Positions 1 through 9,087 of a stretch of DNA of 64,000 bases are shown piece after piece. Below the pieces are notes generated by a model. The model made no database searches. It saw only the letters and a list, made by a program, of their open reading frames with translations, and was not told the origin of the DNA. The translations under genes and the position numbers were made by a program. Source of the stretch: Gammaproteobacteria bacterium (GTDB lineage: Bacteria; Pseudomonadota; Gammaproteobacteria; SZUA-140); contig WGNS01000002.1 of the NCBI GenBank assembly GCA_016124415.1, positions 32,933-96,932 on the forward strand, given 5' to 3'. Position 1 is the stretch's first letter; each line of letters begins with the position of its first letter.

Positions 1-285
1 ATCTGTCCCAGCTGTAAAGAGGCGTGCATCCCCCGAACGGACAAATACCGAGCGGGGACGTGGCGTGTCATCCACTGCCCCCGATGCAACGCCCGGCTTT
101 GTGCCAATCCCATTCTCATGGCTCTGGCTTACATGATGTATTTCTGGGCCGCAGCCTGGTTTATCGGATGGGCCGCTTTCGATCACGTATGGTGGCCGTT
201 GGTCGCGTTGATCCCGGTCTGGCTGATGCTCGATTTCCTGAACGTCCAGCTCATGCCGCTATCGGTCATGCGTAAAAAGACCTGA
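1..285 (+). CDS. C-terminal fragment (5' end cut by window edge) of a zinc-ribbon-like membrane protein
   Basis: Frame 1 is open from base 1 to TGA at 283-285. Translation ICPSCKEACIPRTDKYRAGTWRVIHCPRCNARLC... contains two CxxC pairs followed by two hydrophobic segments. It is absent from the ORF track because the first internal Met leaves under 60 aa. Confidence 0.4.
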   Translation: MCPSCKEACIPRTDKYRAGTWRVIHCPRCNARLCANPILMALAYMMYFWAAAWFIGWAAFDHVWWPLVALIPVWLMLDFLNVQLMPLSVMRKKT

Positions 286-294
286 GGAACCCGG

Positions 295-1158
295 GTGGCC
301 CGTATTCTCGCGGTCGGTATCGCAACGCTGGACATCGTCTGCCAGCTCGACACTTATCCGCCCGAGGACGCCAAGCTGCGCGCCAACGACCGACGCATTA
401 CTCGGGGCGGAAACGCCGCCAACACGCTCTGCGTGCTCGGTCAACTCGGTCATGATTGCTGCTGGGCGGGAACGGTGGCCTCAGACCCGGCCGCCGCCGA
501 TGTGCTCGCGGATCTCGAATACCACGGTATCGACACCTCCGCCTGCCGGAAATATCCTTTGGGTTGCACGCCGACCTCCTATGTCTGGCGCTGTCTTGAC
601 ACCGGTTCAAGGACCATCGTGCACTATCGCGATCTCCCCGAATACGATTCGGCGGACTTTGAGCGCATCCCGCTGGCCGGATTCGATTGGCTGCATTTCG
701 AAGGCAGAAACGTCGAAGAGACCGCCCGGATGATGGCGCACGCGGCCGCGACACGGCCCGATCTGCCGCGATCTCTCGAGGTCGAAAAATACCGGCCCGG
801 GATCGAGGCGCTGTTCGAAGAAGCGACTGTACTGGTCTTTTCCCGCGATTATGCCGGCCACGCGGGGTTTTCCTCACCCGAGGCGCTCGTCGCCGCGTTC
901 GGTACCCGCTGCCCCGGGGCCTCGGTCGTCTGTACCTGGGGGGACCAGGGCGCCTGGGGCTGCGCTTTTGGAGAACGGCCGTTCCACATACCGGCGTTTA
1001 CGCCGGAACGGATCGTCGATACGCTCGGGGCAGGGGATACGTTCAATGCCGGGCTTATCGACGGGCTGGTCGGCGGCCGGACGCTCACGGATGCGGTCAC
1101 TCAAGCCTGCCGGCTCGCGGGCCGCAAATGCGGACAAGAGGGGTTTCGACTGACATGA
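295..1158 (+). CDS. PfkB-family carbohydrate kinase (ketohexokinase/ribokinase-like)
   Basis: 287 aa from a GTG start at 295. Has the ribokinase-like N-terminal motif (ILAVGIATLDIV) and the C-terminal DTLGAGDTFNAG anion-hole motif. Confidence 0.75.
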   Translation: MARILAVGIATLDIVCQLDTYPPEDAKLRANDRRITRGGNAANTLCVLGQLGHDCCWAGTVASDPAAADVLADLEYHGIDTSACRKYPLGCTPTSYVWRCLDTGSRTIVHYRDLPEYDSADFERIPLAGFDWLHFEGRNVEETARMMAHAAATRPDLPRSLEVEKYRPGIEALFEEATVLVFSRDYAGHAGFSSPEALVAAFGTRCPGASVVCTWGDQGAWGCAFGERPFHIPAFTPERIVDTLGAGDTFNAGLIDGLVGGRTLTDAVTQACRLAGRKCGQEGFRLT

Positions 1159-1538
1159 TCACAATCTACGACAAGAAGGGCTTCACTCCGCTGCTCAAGC
1201 TCAAGGCCGCCAACACGCTCATCGATGCCGATCTCCATGACGCCGAACTCCCGGAAGCCAATCTCGTCGAGGTCGATCTGAGCGGCTGCGATCTTTCGCA
1301 CGCCAATCTTTCCAACGCCGATCTACGTCTCGCCCGGTTGATCGGCGCGAACCTGAGTCACGCCAAGCTGACCGGCGCCGACCTGCACGGCGCCGATTTG
1401 AGCCGCGCGGATCTGAGCTGCGCCGAGATTACCGCCAAGGAATTGGAAGGGGCGCGGCTCGAAGATACAACGCTCCCTCCATCCTGCCGACGTGACCTGG
1501 CGCTTGGCGGTATCCCGATCAAGAGGGCCTTCGAATAG
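1155..1538 (+). CDS. pentapeptide-repeat protein (Qnr/McbG-like fold)
   Basis: ATG at 1155 overlaps the pfkB stop (ATGA). 127 aa with tandem A(D/N)LxxA(D/N)L pentapeptide repeats (ADLHDAELPEANLVEVDLSGCDLSHANLSNADLRLARLIGANLSHAKLTGADLHGADLSRADLS). The 687..1538 ORF in the track is a spurious upstream extension. Confidence 0.7.
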   Translation: MITIYDKKGFTPLLKLKAANTLIDADLHDAELPEANLVEVDLSGCDLSHANLSNADLRLARLIGANLSHAKLTGADLHGADLSRADLSCAEITAKELEGARLEDTTLPPSCRRDLALGGIPIKRAFE

Positions 1539-1616
1539 CGTCGGAATAACCCGGCGGGATTTTATTGTCTATCCTGGGTACAATGCCTTTTTGAACGCAT
1601 CGATAGGCTTTTCGAC

Positions 1617-3866
1617 ATGTCCGCTCACCCGATACTCGCTCCCTTAAACGACGTCCAGCGTCAGGCCGTTTCGGCCAGGCCCGGCAACACACTGATTCTC
1701 GCCGGGGCCGGTAGCGGTAAGACCCGGGTGCTCGTGCATCGCGTGGCTTGGCTGATCGAGGAGTGCGACGTATCGCCTTACGGCATCCTTGCCGTGACCT
1801 TTACCAACAAGGCCGCCGCCGAGATGCGCGGGCGTATCGAGGGCATGCTCCGCACACCGGCTCGCGAACTCTGGATCGGAACCTTCCACGGCCTGGCCCA
1901 TCGTCTGTTGCGCACCCACTGGAAAGAAGCGGGGCTTCCGCAAACCTTTCAGATTCTCGACAGCGAAGATCAACTGCGTCTCGTGCGCCGTATCGTCAAA
2001 GGTATGGGGCTCGACGAGGAACGCTGGCAACCCAAGCAGATCCAGTGGTTCATCAACGCCCGCAAGGACGACGGCAAGCGCGCGGATCATATCGACGACC
2101 GCGGCGATCCGCATCTCAAGGAGATGCTTAGGGTCTACCGGGCGTATGAGGAAACCTGCCGGAACAGCGGCGTCGTGGACTTTGCCGAGCTGTTGCTGAG
2201 GGCACACGAGCTTTGGCGCGACCACCCGGATCTGCTGGCCCACTACCAAAACCGCTTTTCCCATGTCCTCGTCGACGAGTTTCAGGACACCAACGCCGTG
2301 CAGTACGCTTGGCTGCGCCTGCTCATCGGCCGTGGAGAGGAAGGCGGCAATTCCATCTTCATCGTCGGTGACGACGACCAGTCCATCTATGGTTGGCGCG
2401 GCGCGAAGATCGAGAACATCCAGCGCGTTACCAAGGACTTTCACGATGTCCAGGTCTTGAGGTTGGAACAGAACTACCGCTCGACGGCGACCATCTTGAA
2501 GGCCGCCAACGCCCTGATCGAAAACAACGACGGGCGCCTCGGCAAGAACCTGTGGACAGACGGTCATGAGGGTGAGGCGATCGAGCTCTACGCCGCGTTC
2601 AACGACCTTGAGGAGGCCCGTTTCATCGCCGATCGCATCCGACGCTGGATCGATTCCGGCAATGTGCGCAGCGACGCGGCCTGTTTGTATCGCTCAAACG
2701 CCCAATCCCGCGTCATCGAAGAAGCGCTGATCAACGCCGGCATCCCATATAAGGTCTACGGCGGTTTCCGCTTCTTCGAGCGCGCCGAAATCAAGGACGC
2801 CTTGGCCTACCTGCGGCTGGTCAACAACCGGCACGACGCGGCATCCTTCGAACGCGTCATCAACACCCCGACACGGGGTATCGGCGAACGCACCGTCGAC
2901 AACATTCGGCTTATCGCACGCGAGGCGAACGTTTCCCTTTGGGACGCCGCGGAACGCCTTATCGAACAGGGTGATCTCGCGGCACGCGCCTCCAACGCGC
3001 TGCGCGGTTTTCTTCAGCTTGTCGACCAACTCGAAAAAGCGGTTGCGGATAGTTCACTCGCCGAACAGGTCGAAACGGTCATCGACCGTAGCGGTCTGTT
3101 GACGCACTTCGGCAAAGAGAAGGGCGAACGCGGCCAGGCCCGGATCGAGAACTTGGCCGAATTGGTTTCCGCCGCACGGCAGTTCATCTATGACAATGAA
3201 GAGCTGGATATCGACGTACTGTCCGCCTTCCTGGCCCATGCTGCGCTTGAGGCCGGTGAAGGCCAGGCCGAGGGGGATGAGGACTGTGTTCAGCTCATGA
3301 CCCTGCATTCGGCCAAGGGACTCGAATTTCCGCTGGTCTTCCTTTGCGGCATGGAAGAGGGACTGTTTCCGCACGCGCGTTCCGTAGAGGAACCCGCCAA
3401 GCTCGAGGAAGAGCGCCGACTTTGCTACGTCGGCATCACTCGGGCCGAGCGGCGTCTGGTCGTGTCTTACGCCGAAACCCGCCGCCTGCACGGCAACGAG
3501 CGCTATCAGATGCCGTCGCGTTTCATCAACGAGATCCCACGTGAACTCATCAGTGAAGTCCGGACACGAAGCAGGATCAGTCCGCCGGGCGCTCCGCAAA
3601 ATCCGGGATACCGGGGTAACGCATCGAGGTCCGCCATGCCCGCTGCGGCATCGGCACCTCAACCACGCCGCACGATCCAGCGCTCATCCGTTCCTGTGGC
3701 GCCGGGCGGTCTTCAACTGGGACAGCGCGTCAGCCATCAGAAGTTCGGCGAAGGCGTGGTAATGAACTATGAGGGGCAGGGCAATAACGCCCGGGTTCAG
3801 GTCAACTTCAAACAGGTTGGCGCGAAGTGGTTGGTGCTGGCGTACGCGAAATTGGAACCGGTTTGA
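1617..3866 (+). CDS. uvrD: ATP-dependent DNA helicase II UvrD
   Basis: 749 aa. Walker A motif GAGSGKTRVL, helicase motifs DEFQDTN and QNYRST, and a UvrD-type C-terminal Tudor-like tail. Confidence 0.9.
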   Translation: MSAHPILAPLNDVQRQAVSARPGNTLILAGAGSGKTRVLVHRVAWLIEECDVSPYGILAVTFTNKAAAEMRGRIEGMLRTPARELWIGTFHGLAHRLLRTHWKEAGLPQTFQILDSEDQLRLVRRIVKGMGLDEERWQPKQIQWFINARKDDGKRADHIDDRGDPHLKEMLRVYRAYEETCRNSGVVDFAELLLRAHELWRDHPDLLAHYQNRFSHVLVDEFQDTNAVQYAWLRLLIGRGEEGGNSIFIVGDDDQSIYGWRGAKIENIQRVTKDFHDVQVLRLEQNYRSTATILKAANALIENNDGRLGKNLWTDGHEGEAIELYAAFNDLEEARFIADRIRRWIDSGNVRSDAACLYRSNAQSRVIEEALINAGIPYKVYGGFRFFERAEIKDALAYLRLVNNRHDAASFERVINTPTRGIGERTVDNIRLIAREANVSLWDAAERLIEQGDLAARASNALRGFLQLVDQLEKAVADSSLAEQVETVIDRSGLLTHFGKEKGERGQARIENLAELVSAARQFIYDNEELDIDVLSAFLAHAALEAGEGQAEGDEDCVQLMTLHSAKGLEFPLVFLCGMEEGLFPHARSVEEPAKLEEERRLCYVGITRAERRLVVSYAETRRLHGNERYQMPSRFINEIPRELISEVRTRSRISPPGAPQNPGYRGNASRSAMPAAASAPQPRRTIQRSSVPVAPGGLQLGQRVSHQKFGEGVVMNYEGQGNNARVQVNFKQVGAKWLVLAYAKLEPV

Positions 3867-3875
3867 AGCCCTGAT

Positions 3876-4178
3876 TCAGGTGGACATCGCGGTGTAGCGA
3901 TCCAGATAGTCCACGATATCGGCGGATTCGTACAACCAGGTCACCACGCCGTCCGGATGCGTGATACGGAGACAGGGTACGGTATAACGGCCCCCGCCTT
4001 CATATAGTTCGTCGGCAAAGGCCCGTTCCTGCCGGATGTCGCGTTCCTCGATATCGAGTCCAAGCTGCTCCATCCGGTTTTTGACGCGCACGCAAAACGG
4101 GCAATAGGGAAAATGATATAGGGTGAGACGTTCCTTCCCGGTGATCTCTTCCTTCAGCATTGCCAGTTGTTCAGACAT
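3876..4178 (-). CDS. glutaredoxin-family protein (CPFC active site)
   Basis: 100 aa. LYHFPYCPFCVRVKNRM thioredoxin-fold motif. ATG start with an AAGAGG RBS. Convergent with uvrD, 9 nt apart. Confidence 0.75.
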   Translation of the reverse strand: MSEQLAMLKEEITGKERLTLYHFPYCPFCVRVKNRMEQLGLDIEERDIRQERAFADELYEGGGRYTVPCLRITHPDGVVTWLYESADIVDYLDRYTAMST

Positions 4179-4279
4179 ACCTCTTTTCTCTCTTACATCA
4201 GACGTTGCTCATGCCGACGGCCCTAATTATATAACGGCCTTCGCGGCAAATTCGTTGCTCTGCGAGCAATAAGGCGACG

Positions 4280-5722
4280 TTAATCCCGGGATACAAACAA
4301 CCCGTCCATCAGGTCCGGATCGTCGAAGTGACGGCGTCCGACGAAGGCGATCGCGTGTCGGCCCCATTGACGCATCGCGCCGGGCGAACGCACACCCATC
4401 GGCCAAAGCAGATAGCGTTCCGGGCGTTCACTTCCGGCAACGATGCCGTAAGGCCCGAACATACTCTTGCGACCTTCGCCGCGTGGCAGACTGCGAAGCT
4501 CGTCGTAGTCCGCAACGGCCAGTGCGCGCGCGGCGGCATCGCCTTTGTCCCACCAAACCCGGCGGATCAGATGCGTGCCGGAAGCCAGCCGGACTCGAGC
4601 CCGCCCAGTCTCCGATACCGGCGGAAACACCAGGGGAGGTTCAATATAGGCGGTTGATAGCCCGCCTCGCAATCGCAGCTTCGCCGATGGGTAGAACGCC
4701 TCGTAACAGCCGCAGTTGTGGATCGCATCGCTGATCAATGGGAGACCGTCGTTCCCGAGCGTCACGCGCCAATTCAAGCCGTCGATCGACCCGGCATAGA
4801 TGTCGTTACCGGAGCGCGCCGGGAACCAGATGATGTAATTGAGCTGAAGCAAGGTGCGTCCCGCGAACCGGGTAAAGGAAACACGGCGATATTCCACGGG
4901 GTTACGCGTATCGATGGCGATCCGATCCCCTCGCCAGGCCGGTTGTCCGATTCGGTCGTCGGATCCCGCAACCTCGACGCCCCAATCAGGCGCAAAATGC
5001 GCGAACAATCGCTCCAGATCCGGAGCATCAGGTCTTGGGACTCCCAATTCATCCTTCGATTCCTCCAGGATGTGCGCGATATCCGCCTGGGACAGTGGGT
5101 CGTCATCGACGGATCCGGGAGCGGAACGCCACCATTGAACATCGCCCGTCGAGTCGAATTCAGTCGTTTTAAGCTGTTCCCTTGCGGATTCATGCCAACG
5201 ATCGACCCCCATCTCCACGAACAGCGCGGTGATCGGGTATAAACCAAGCAAGCGCCAACTACCCTCGTACTCGTCGGGGACACGTGCCTCGCGTAAAAGA
5301 CGTCGGCGGTCTTCGGGATCCTTCAGGTCGGCTGCAATCAGGCTTTCCCGGCAACGATCCACGCGTTGTACGAATCCGTTTCCGAATGTCGCTCGAATGG
5401 AGGCCGGCAAGTTTTCGAACTCGAAACGGCGGGCGGTTCGATCAAGTTCGGCGAGGGCCCCGACCCAGCGCGTAAAAGAAGCGCGATCCGTTACATCCAA
5501 GCGGAAAGACGCCAGGAACCGGTCTAATCGAAGATAGGGAAATTCCGGGATCGCGTATGGCCCCTGATCCCGTACCCCTGCGGCATCGACCGCGGTGTCC
5601 AGGCCATTAAAAAGTGCGCGGCAGTCGGTCGCCGGTGCCGTGTCCCGCACGGGGTCGGCCCGGGCGGCCGTTACGAACCCGGTAAGGGCCAGGATAACGG
5701 TCAGCCAGGGTCCGACGTTCAT
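4280..5722 (-). CDS. secreted protein of unknown function (N-terminal signal peptide)
   Basis: 480 aa. N-terminus MNVGPWLTVILALTGFVTAARA is signal-peptide like. No family recognised. Its start codon abuts the stop of the upstream Bax-like gene (TGAATG). Confidence 0.6.
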   Translation of the reverse strand: MNVGPWLTVILALTGFVTAARADPVRDTAPATDCRALFNGLDTAVDAAGVRDQGPYAIPEFPYLRLDRFLASFRLDVTDRASFTRWVGALAELDRTARRFEFENLPASIRATFGNGFVQRVDRCRESLIAADLKDPEDRRRLLREARVPDEYEGSWRLLGLYPITALFVEMGVDRWHESAREQLKTTEFDSTGDVQWWRSAPGSVDDDPLSQADIAHILEESKDELGVPRPDAPDLERLFAHFAPDWGVEVAGSDDRIGQPAWRGDRIAIDTRNPVEYRRVSFTRFAGRTLLQLNYIIWFPARSGNDIYAGSIDGLNWRVTLGNDGLPLISDAIHNCGCYEAFYPSAKLRLRGGLSTAYIEPPLVFPPVSETGRARVRLASGTHLIRRVWWDKGDAAARALAVADYDELRSLPRGEGRKSMFGPYGIVAGSERPERYLLWPMGVRSPGAMRQWGRHAIAFVGRRHFDDPDLMDGLFVSRD

Positions 5723-6469
5723 TCAGCCGGTCATCAACTTGTAATTGGCCCGAATCATGGATCGGATTTCCTCGACGTAGGCTTCGCGGCGCTCGGAATA
5801 GTGGCTTAAGCCCGCAGCCAGTTCGTGGGCGGTAACCGGTTTGCCCTTCGCGCGAAGATCGCCGCGGATCTTGCGCAGGCTCGCGTACACCCGACCCGTA
5901 TTGATATTCCAGAGATAGGATGCCACCGAAGCGTTTACGGATGAAAACACCCTGACCTCATGACGCGTCCCCTTTTTTCGGCGCGTCGGGACAAGACCGC
6001 ATCCCTTCTTGAAACACCATTGGCCGAAAAAGTTGCGTCCCTCACGCGCGAACCTGGAAGTTCCCCAACTGGATTCGTTGGCCGATTGCGCCAACACAAG
6101 GCGCAACGGTACCGCATCGACCCGGGCCAGAAGGCGGTTCCATGAGGCCGAATCGCTCGGATCGGCAAATTCGACGTCATAGCGATCGACGACTTCACTC
6201 AGGAAGGCCTGATCGGCGGCCGCCGGACTCCGGCCGGTCTGCGTCAGTCCCTGCCGGATCGAGATCAAGCGCTCTCGGACCTGAAGAATCCGCTCGTTTT
6301 CGGATTGGACGATCGGTCGAATGAAATCAAAAAAGGCCTTCTTCTTGGCACTGACGTCCTTTATGGCCGAAAAATCCGGTACCTTGGTAACGGTCTTGAC
6401 GGTATCGGCGTATCCACTGAAGGGAAGACCTGCGATCAGGATTGCGATCAACATTCTTTTCGCTATCAT
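5723..6469 (-). CDS. glucosaminidase-domain protein (Bax/FlgJ-like mannosyl-glycoprotein endo-beta-N-acetylglucosaminidase)
   Basis: 248 aa with a signal peptide. Conserved SANESSWGTSRFAREGRNFFGQWCF glucosaminidase core. AGGAG RBS 7 nt upstream of the ATG. Confidence 0.75.
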   Translation of the reverse strand: MIAKRMLIAILIAGLPFSGYADTVKTVTKVPDFSAIKDVSAKKKAFFDFIRPIVQSENERILQVRERLISIRQGLTQTGRSPAAADQAFLSEVVDRYDVEFADPSDSASWNRLLARVDAVPLRLVLAQSANESSWGTSRFAREGRNFFGQWCFKKGCGLVPTRRKKGTRHEVRVFSSVNASVASYLWNINTGRVYASLRKIRGDLRAKGKPVTAHELAAGLSHYSERREAYVEEIRSMIRANYKLMTG

Positions 6470-6598
6470 GCTCGACTCCTGTTTTCACGTTTCACGGTAT
6501 CACTTGGCGTCATACCGATATCAAATCAGATCGGTTCCCGCATTTCCTGCGGGATCATCACCATGTCGGCGGCTATCCGTTCGAACTGAAACGTGGAT

Positions 6599-7612
6599 AT
6601 GCGTTACCATGCACAATTCATGAAGAAAAACGAAAAATACCTCATTTCCAAGGCCTGGGGCTACGGCTTTTTCTCCGACGTCATGGTTTCGCTCGGGCAT
6701 TTGCTGCTCGCGGAGCTGACCGGGCGCACGCCCATCGTCTACTGGGGGGAGAACAGTCTGTTTCGGGCTGCCACCACCGAAAACGCCTTCAACGAGTACT
6801 TTCTTCCCGTTTCGGACGCGGATTTGGTTACGGCATCAAGGCCCGAGCTATCCTTTTTCCCACCCAAATGGGACCGTCAAAACCTAAATAAAGAAAACTA
6901 CGGCAAATGGAAGGGGCCTTACGCGCGCATGCATGGGCGAGACTTCCTGGATCGCGAAGAGGATGTTGTTGTTTGCGATTTTTACACCGCCATCGCCGAA
7001 CTGACCGACTGGCTGCCCGCCGGCTCGCCTTACCTCGTAAAGGACCTGACACAGGGATATCACCGTCTCATCACCCGCTACATCAAACCCAGACCCGAAA
7101 TCGATGCCCAAGCGGCAGCGTTGCATAACGATCTCGTCGGCAAAACGCCGGCGCTGGCCGTCCATTTTCGCGGCACGGATAAGGCGGGGGAGATCACCAA
7201 TATCTCCGTAGAACAGCTTCTTGAGCACTACCTCTCGGCGACGCGGCAGATTCTGGGCAAGGGCATCTATAAACGCGTGTATCTCATGACCGACGACGCC
7301 CGCGCCCTGGCCGCATTCGGGGACGCTTTCGGCGACCTTCTGGTTTATACCGATATCGAAAGGCTTTCAGCGAACGTCGGGATTCATTATCAGGATCCCG
7401 GAATCGAGCGCGGCACGGAGGTGTTGTTGGATGCCCTGATCGCAATGCGTTGCGAGGGCTTCATCGGAAACGGCTTTTCGAACCTATCCTGCTTCATTCA
7501 CGCCGCCAAAGACTGGCAAGGGCGCTCTTACTTGCTGGGCGGGAACCTGATGAACCTGAAAAATGAGTTTATTTATCAGGTGGAACGTCCCGGCGCGCCC
7601 AATCAGGGTTAG
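6599..7612 (+). CDS. NodZ-like (GT23-like) putative fucosyltransferase
   Basis: Aligns by eye to rhizobial NodZ alpha-1,6-fucosyltransferase: KYLISKAWGYGFFSDVMVSL vs RYVLSRRRTGFGDCLWSL, AVHFRGTDKAGE vs GVHVRHGNGED, VYLMTDD vs IFLCTDS, and a C-terminal MRCEGFIGNGFSNLSCF region. Start is uncertain (GTG 6593, ATG 6599 or ATG 6620). GC is lower than the flanks. Confidence 0.5.
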   Translation: MRYHAQFMKKNEKYLISKAWGYGFFSDVMVSLGHLLLAELTGRTPIVYWGENSLFRAATTENAFNEYFLPVSDADLVTASRPELSFFPPKWDRQNLNKENYGKWKGPYARMHGRDFLDREEDVVVCDFYTAIAELTDWLPAGSPYLVKDLTQGYHRLITRYIKPRPEIDAQAAALHNDLVGKTPALAVHFRGTDKAGEITNISVEQLLEHYLSATRQILGKGIYKRVYLMTDDARALAAFGDAFGDLLVYTDIERLSANVGIHYQDPGIERGTEVLLDALIAMRCEGFIGNGFSNLSCFIHAAKDWQGRSYLLGGNLMNLKNEFIYQVERPGAPNQG

Positions 7613-7628
7613 ACGCACCGGAAAAGCA

Positions 7629-8228
7629 TCAATCCTTTTCGTTCTCAGTTGCGCTTTCGCGCGCGTCACCTACGGAGGATTGATCCCTCACATCGCTGAC
7701 ACTGTCGCTAGTGGCGTCCTTGATGTCGGTGGACGTATCCTGAATGGAACTGCGAGTATCGATGCTGCTGTCCTTAGCCGAGCTGCGAACATCGGAACTC
7801 GTTTCCCGAACTGAGCTACGGATGTCGTTGTGCATATCCTTGGCGGCCTGGCTGCTATCGGAACGCAAATCCCTTGAACTTTCACGCGCGTCGCTCCGGG
7901 CGGAACCCGAACTCTCCCTGACGGAAGCCGACTGCTGGCGAACTTCGCTGGATACGGCGGATGCGCCTCTCACACCGTCTACCGAACGCTCGACCTCCGA
8001 ACGGTCGGAGTCCCTCTTTTCACGACGCACAGTCGAATCAACGGCGCTCTCCACCGCAGAAGGACGCGGGAGCTCGATACGGTTGATGATCTCGCCTGCG
8101 CCCCGTTCCCGATGCTCGATGACCTGAATGGTCACGTCCAGATCGTCCAGACCGGCGGCACGGACCCCCGGAACGATGCACACGGAAACCGCAACCGCGA
8201 GCGGAAGCGTACGAAATACACGATTCAT
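7629..8228 (-). CDS. secreted low-complexity Ser/Asp/Arg-rich repeat protein
   Basis: ATG at 8228 gives signal peptide MNRVFRTLPLAVAVSVCIVPGVRAAG. It is followed by degenerate roughly 10-residue repeats (DIRSSVRETSS, DVRSSAKDSS, DTRSSIQDTS...). An in-frame upstream GTG at 8264 is an alternative start. A mirror ORF at 7744..8127 (+) is judged spurious. Confidence 0.5.
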   Translation of the reverse strand: MNRVFRTLPLAVAVSVCIVPGVRAAGLDDLDVTIQVIEHRERGAGEIINRIELPRPSAVESAVDSTVRREKRDSDRSEVERSVDGVRGASAVSSEVRQQSASVRESSGSARSDARESSRDLRSDSSQAAKDMHNDIRSSVRETSSDVRSSAKDSSIDTRSSIQDTSTDIKDATSDSVSDVRDQSSVGDARESATENEKD

Positions 8229-8281
8229 TTTCTCAGAACCCAAAAACACCGCCAGCCGATACACTCATCCCGTCGCACCGC

Positions 8282-8992
8282 TTAAACGCCGTGAACGACT
8301 TTCTGAGACTCCGACTGCGAAGGTGAACGTCCAACATCCATATTCAGACGATAAGTAATATGTTTTCCGCCATGTTCTATGCTGGCTTTTATGACCCCGC
8401 CACCCAACTGATGCGCGATAATCGGCAGTTCCAGCAGGTTCTTGCCCTGCTCCAGCTTTCCTTGCCAACGCACCGTGGTCTGCTTGGGAAACCCCGAAAG
8501 TTCAAATCCCGACGGCAGATCGATCGAGAAAACGACGTCGTTTAACGCTACTGCGGAGTCGATGGACAAACTGACGTTGCGAACCTCACCCAATGCGACA
8601 CTGATTCCCGGCATCTTCAGGGTCTGGGAAGCCGTCTCCTGGGACAAGGGGGCGAGCGGCGAACGCTGCTGGCCATTGGGCAACATCAACCCGACGGCGA
8701 AAACCAAGACGAAGCCGGCCGCCAGGGCACCGCCCGACACAAGCGTCCATTTACGACGTTTTTGCTGCTCCGCGTGTCGCCGGGCCTTTTCCATCGCCTG
8801 CTCGAAGAAACCCTCCGAGGGTCCCGTGAACGGCAAGGCATGAAGCAGGGAACGCAGTCTCTTGACTTGTTCCAGCTCCCCGTGGCACCGCGTGCAGGTA
8901 CCGATGTGCTGTCTGATCGACGCCATTTCGTCCTGATCGAGACTCAGGTCAAGGTAGTCGTCGAGCTGATGTATCACGTGTTCACATTGCAT
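8282..8992 (-). CDS. zinc-binding anti-sigma factor (ZAS family, ChrR/RsrA-like), membrane-spanning
   Basis: N-terminal HxxxCxxC ZAS motif (RQHIGTCTRCHGE) and a central TM segment WTLVSGGALAAGFVLVFAVGLML. Lies immediately downstream of the ECF sigma gene. Start uncertain (ATG 8992, ATG 8998 or GTG 9016). Confidence 0.7.
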   Translation of the reverse strand: MQCEHVIHQLDDYLDLSLDQDEMASIRQHIGTCTRCHGELEQVKRLRSLLHALPFTGPSEGFFEQAMEKARRHAEQQKRRKWTLVSGGALAAGFVLVFAVGLMLPNGQQRSPLAPLSQETASQTLKMPGISVALGEVRNVSLSIDSAVALNDVVFSIDLPSGFELSGFPKQTTVRWQGKLEQGKNLLELPIIAHQLGGGVIKASIEHGGKHITYRLNMDVGRSPSQSESQKVVHGV

Positions 8993-9087
8993 AGGCATAT
9001 CCTCGGATACGTACACGCACTATTTTCGAAAAAAGTTCCCTTAATCGCTCAAGAAATTTATCCATGGGTCGATTTTTTCCCTTCCGC

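Noticed and set aside
1644-2567. 307-aa ORF antisense to uvrD
   Set aside because: Lies entirely within a well-supported helicase gene on the other strand. Long stop-free antisense frames are expected at about 65% GC. No RBS or homology.
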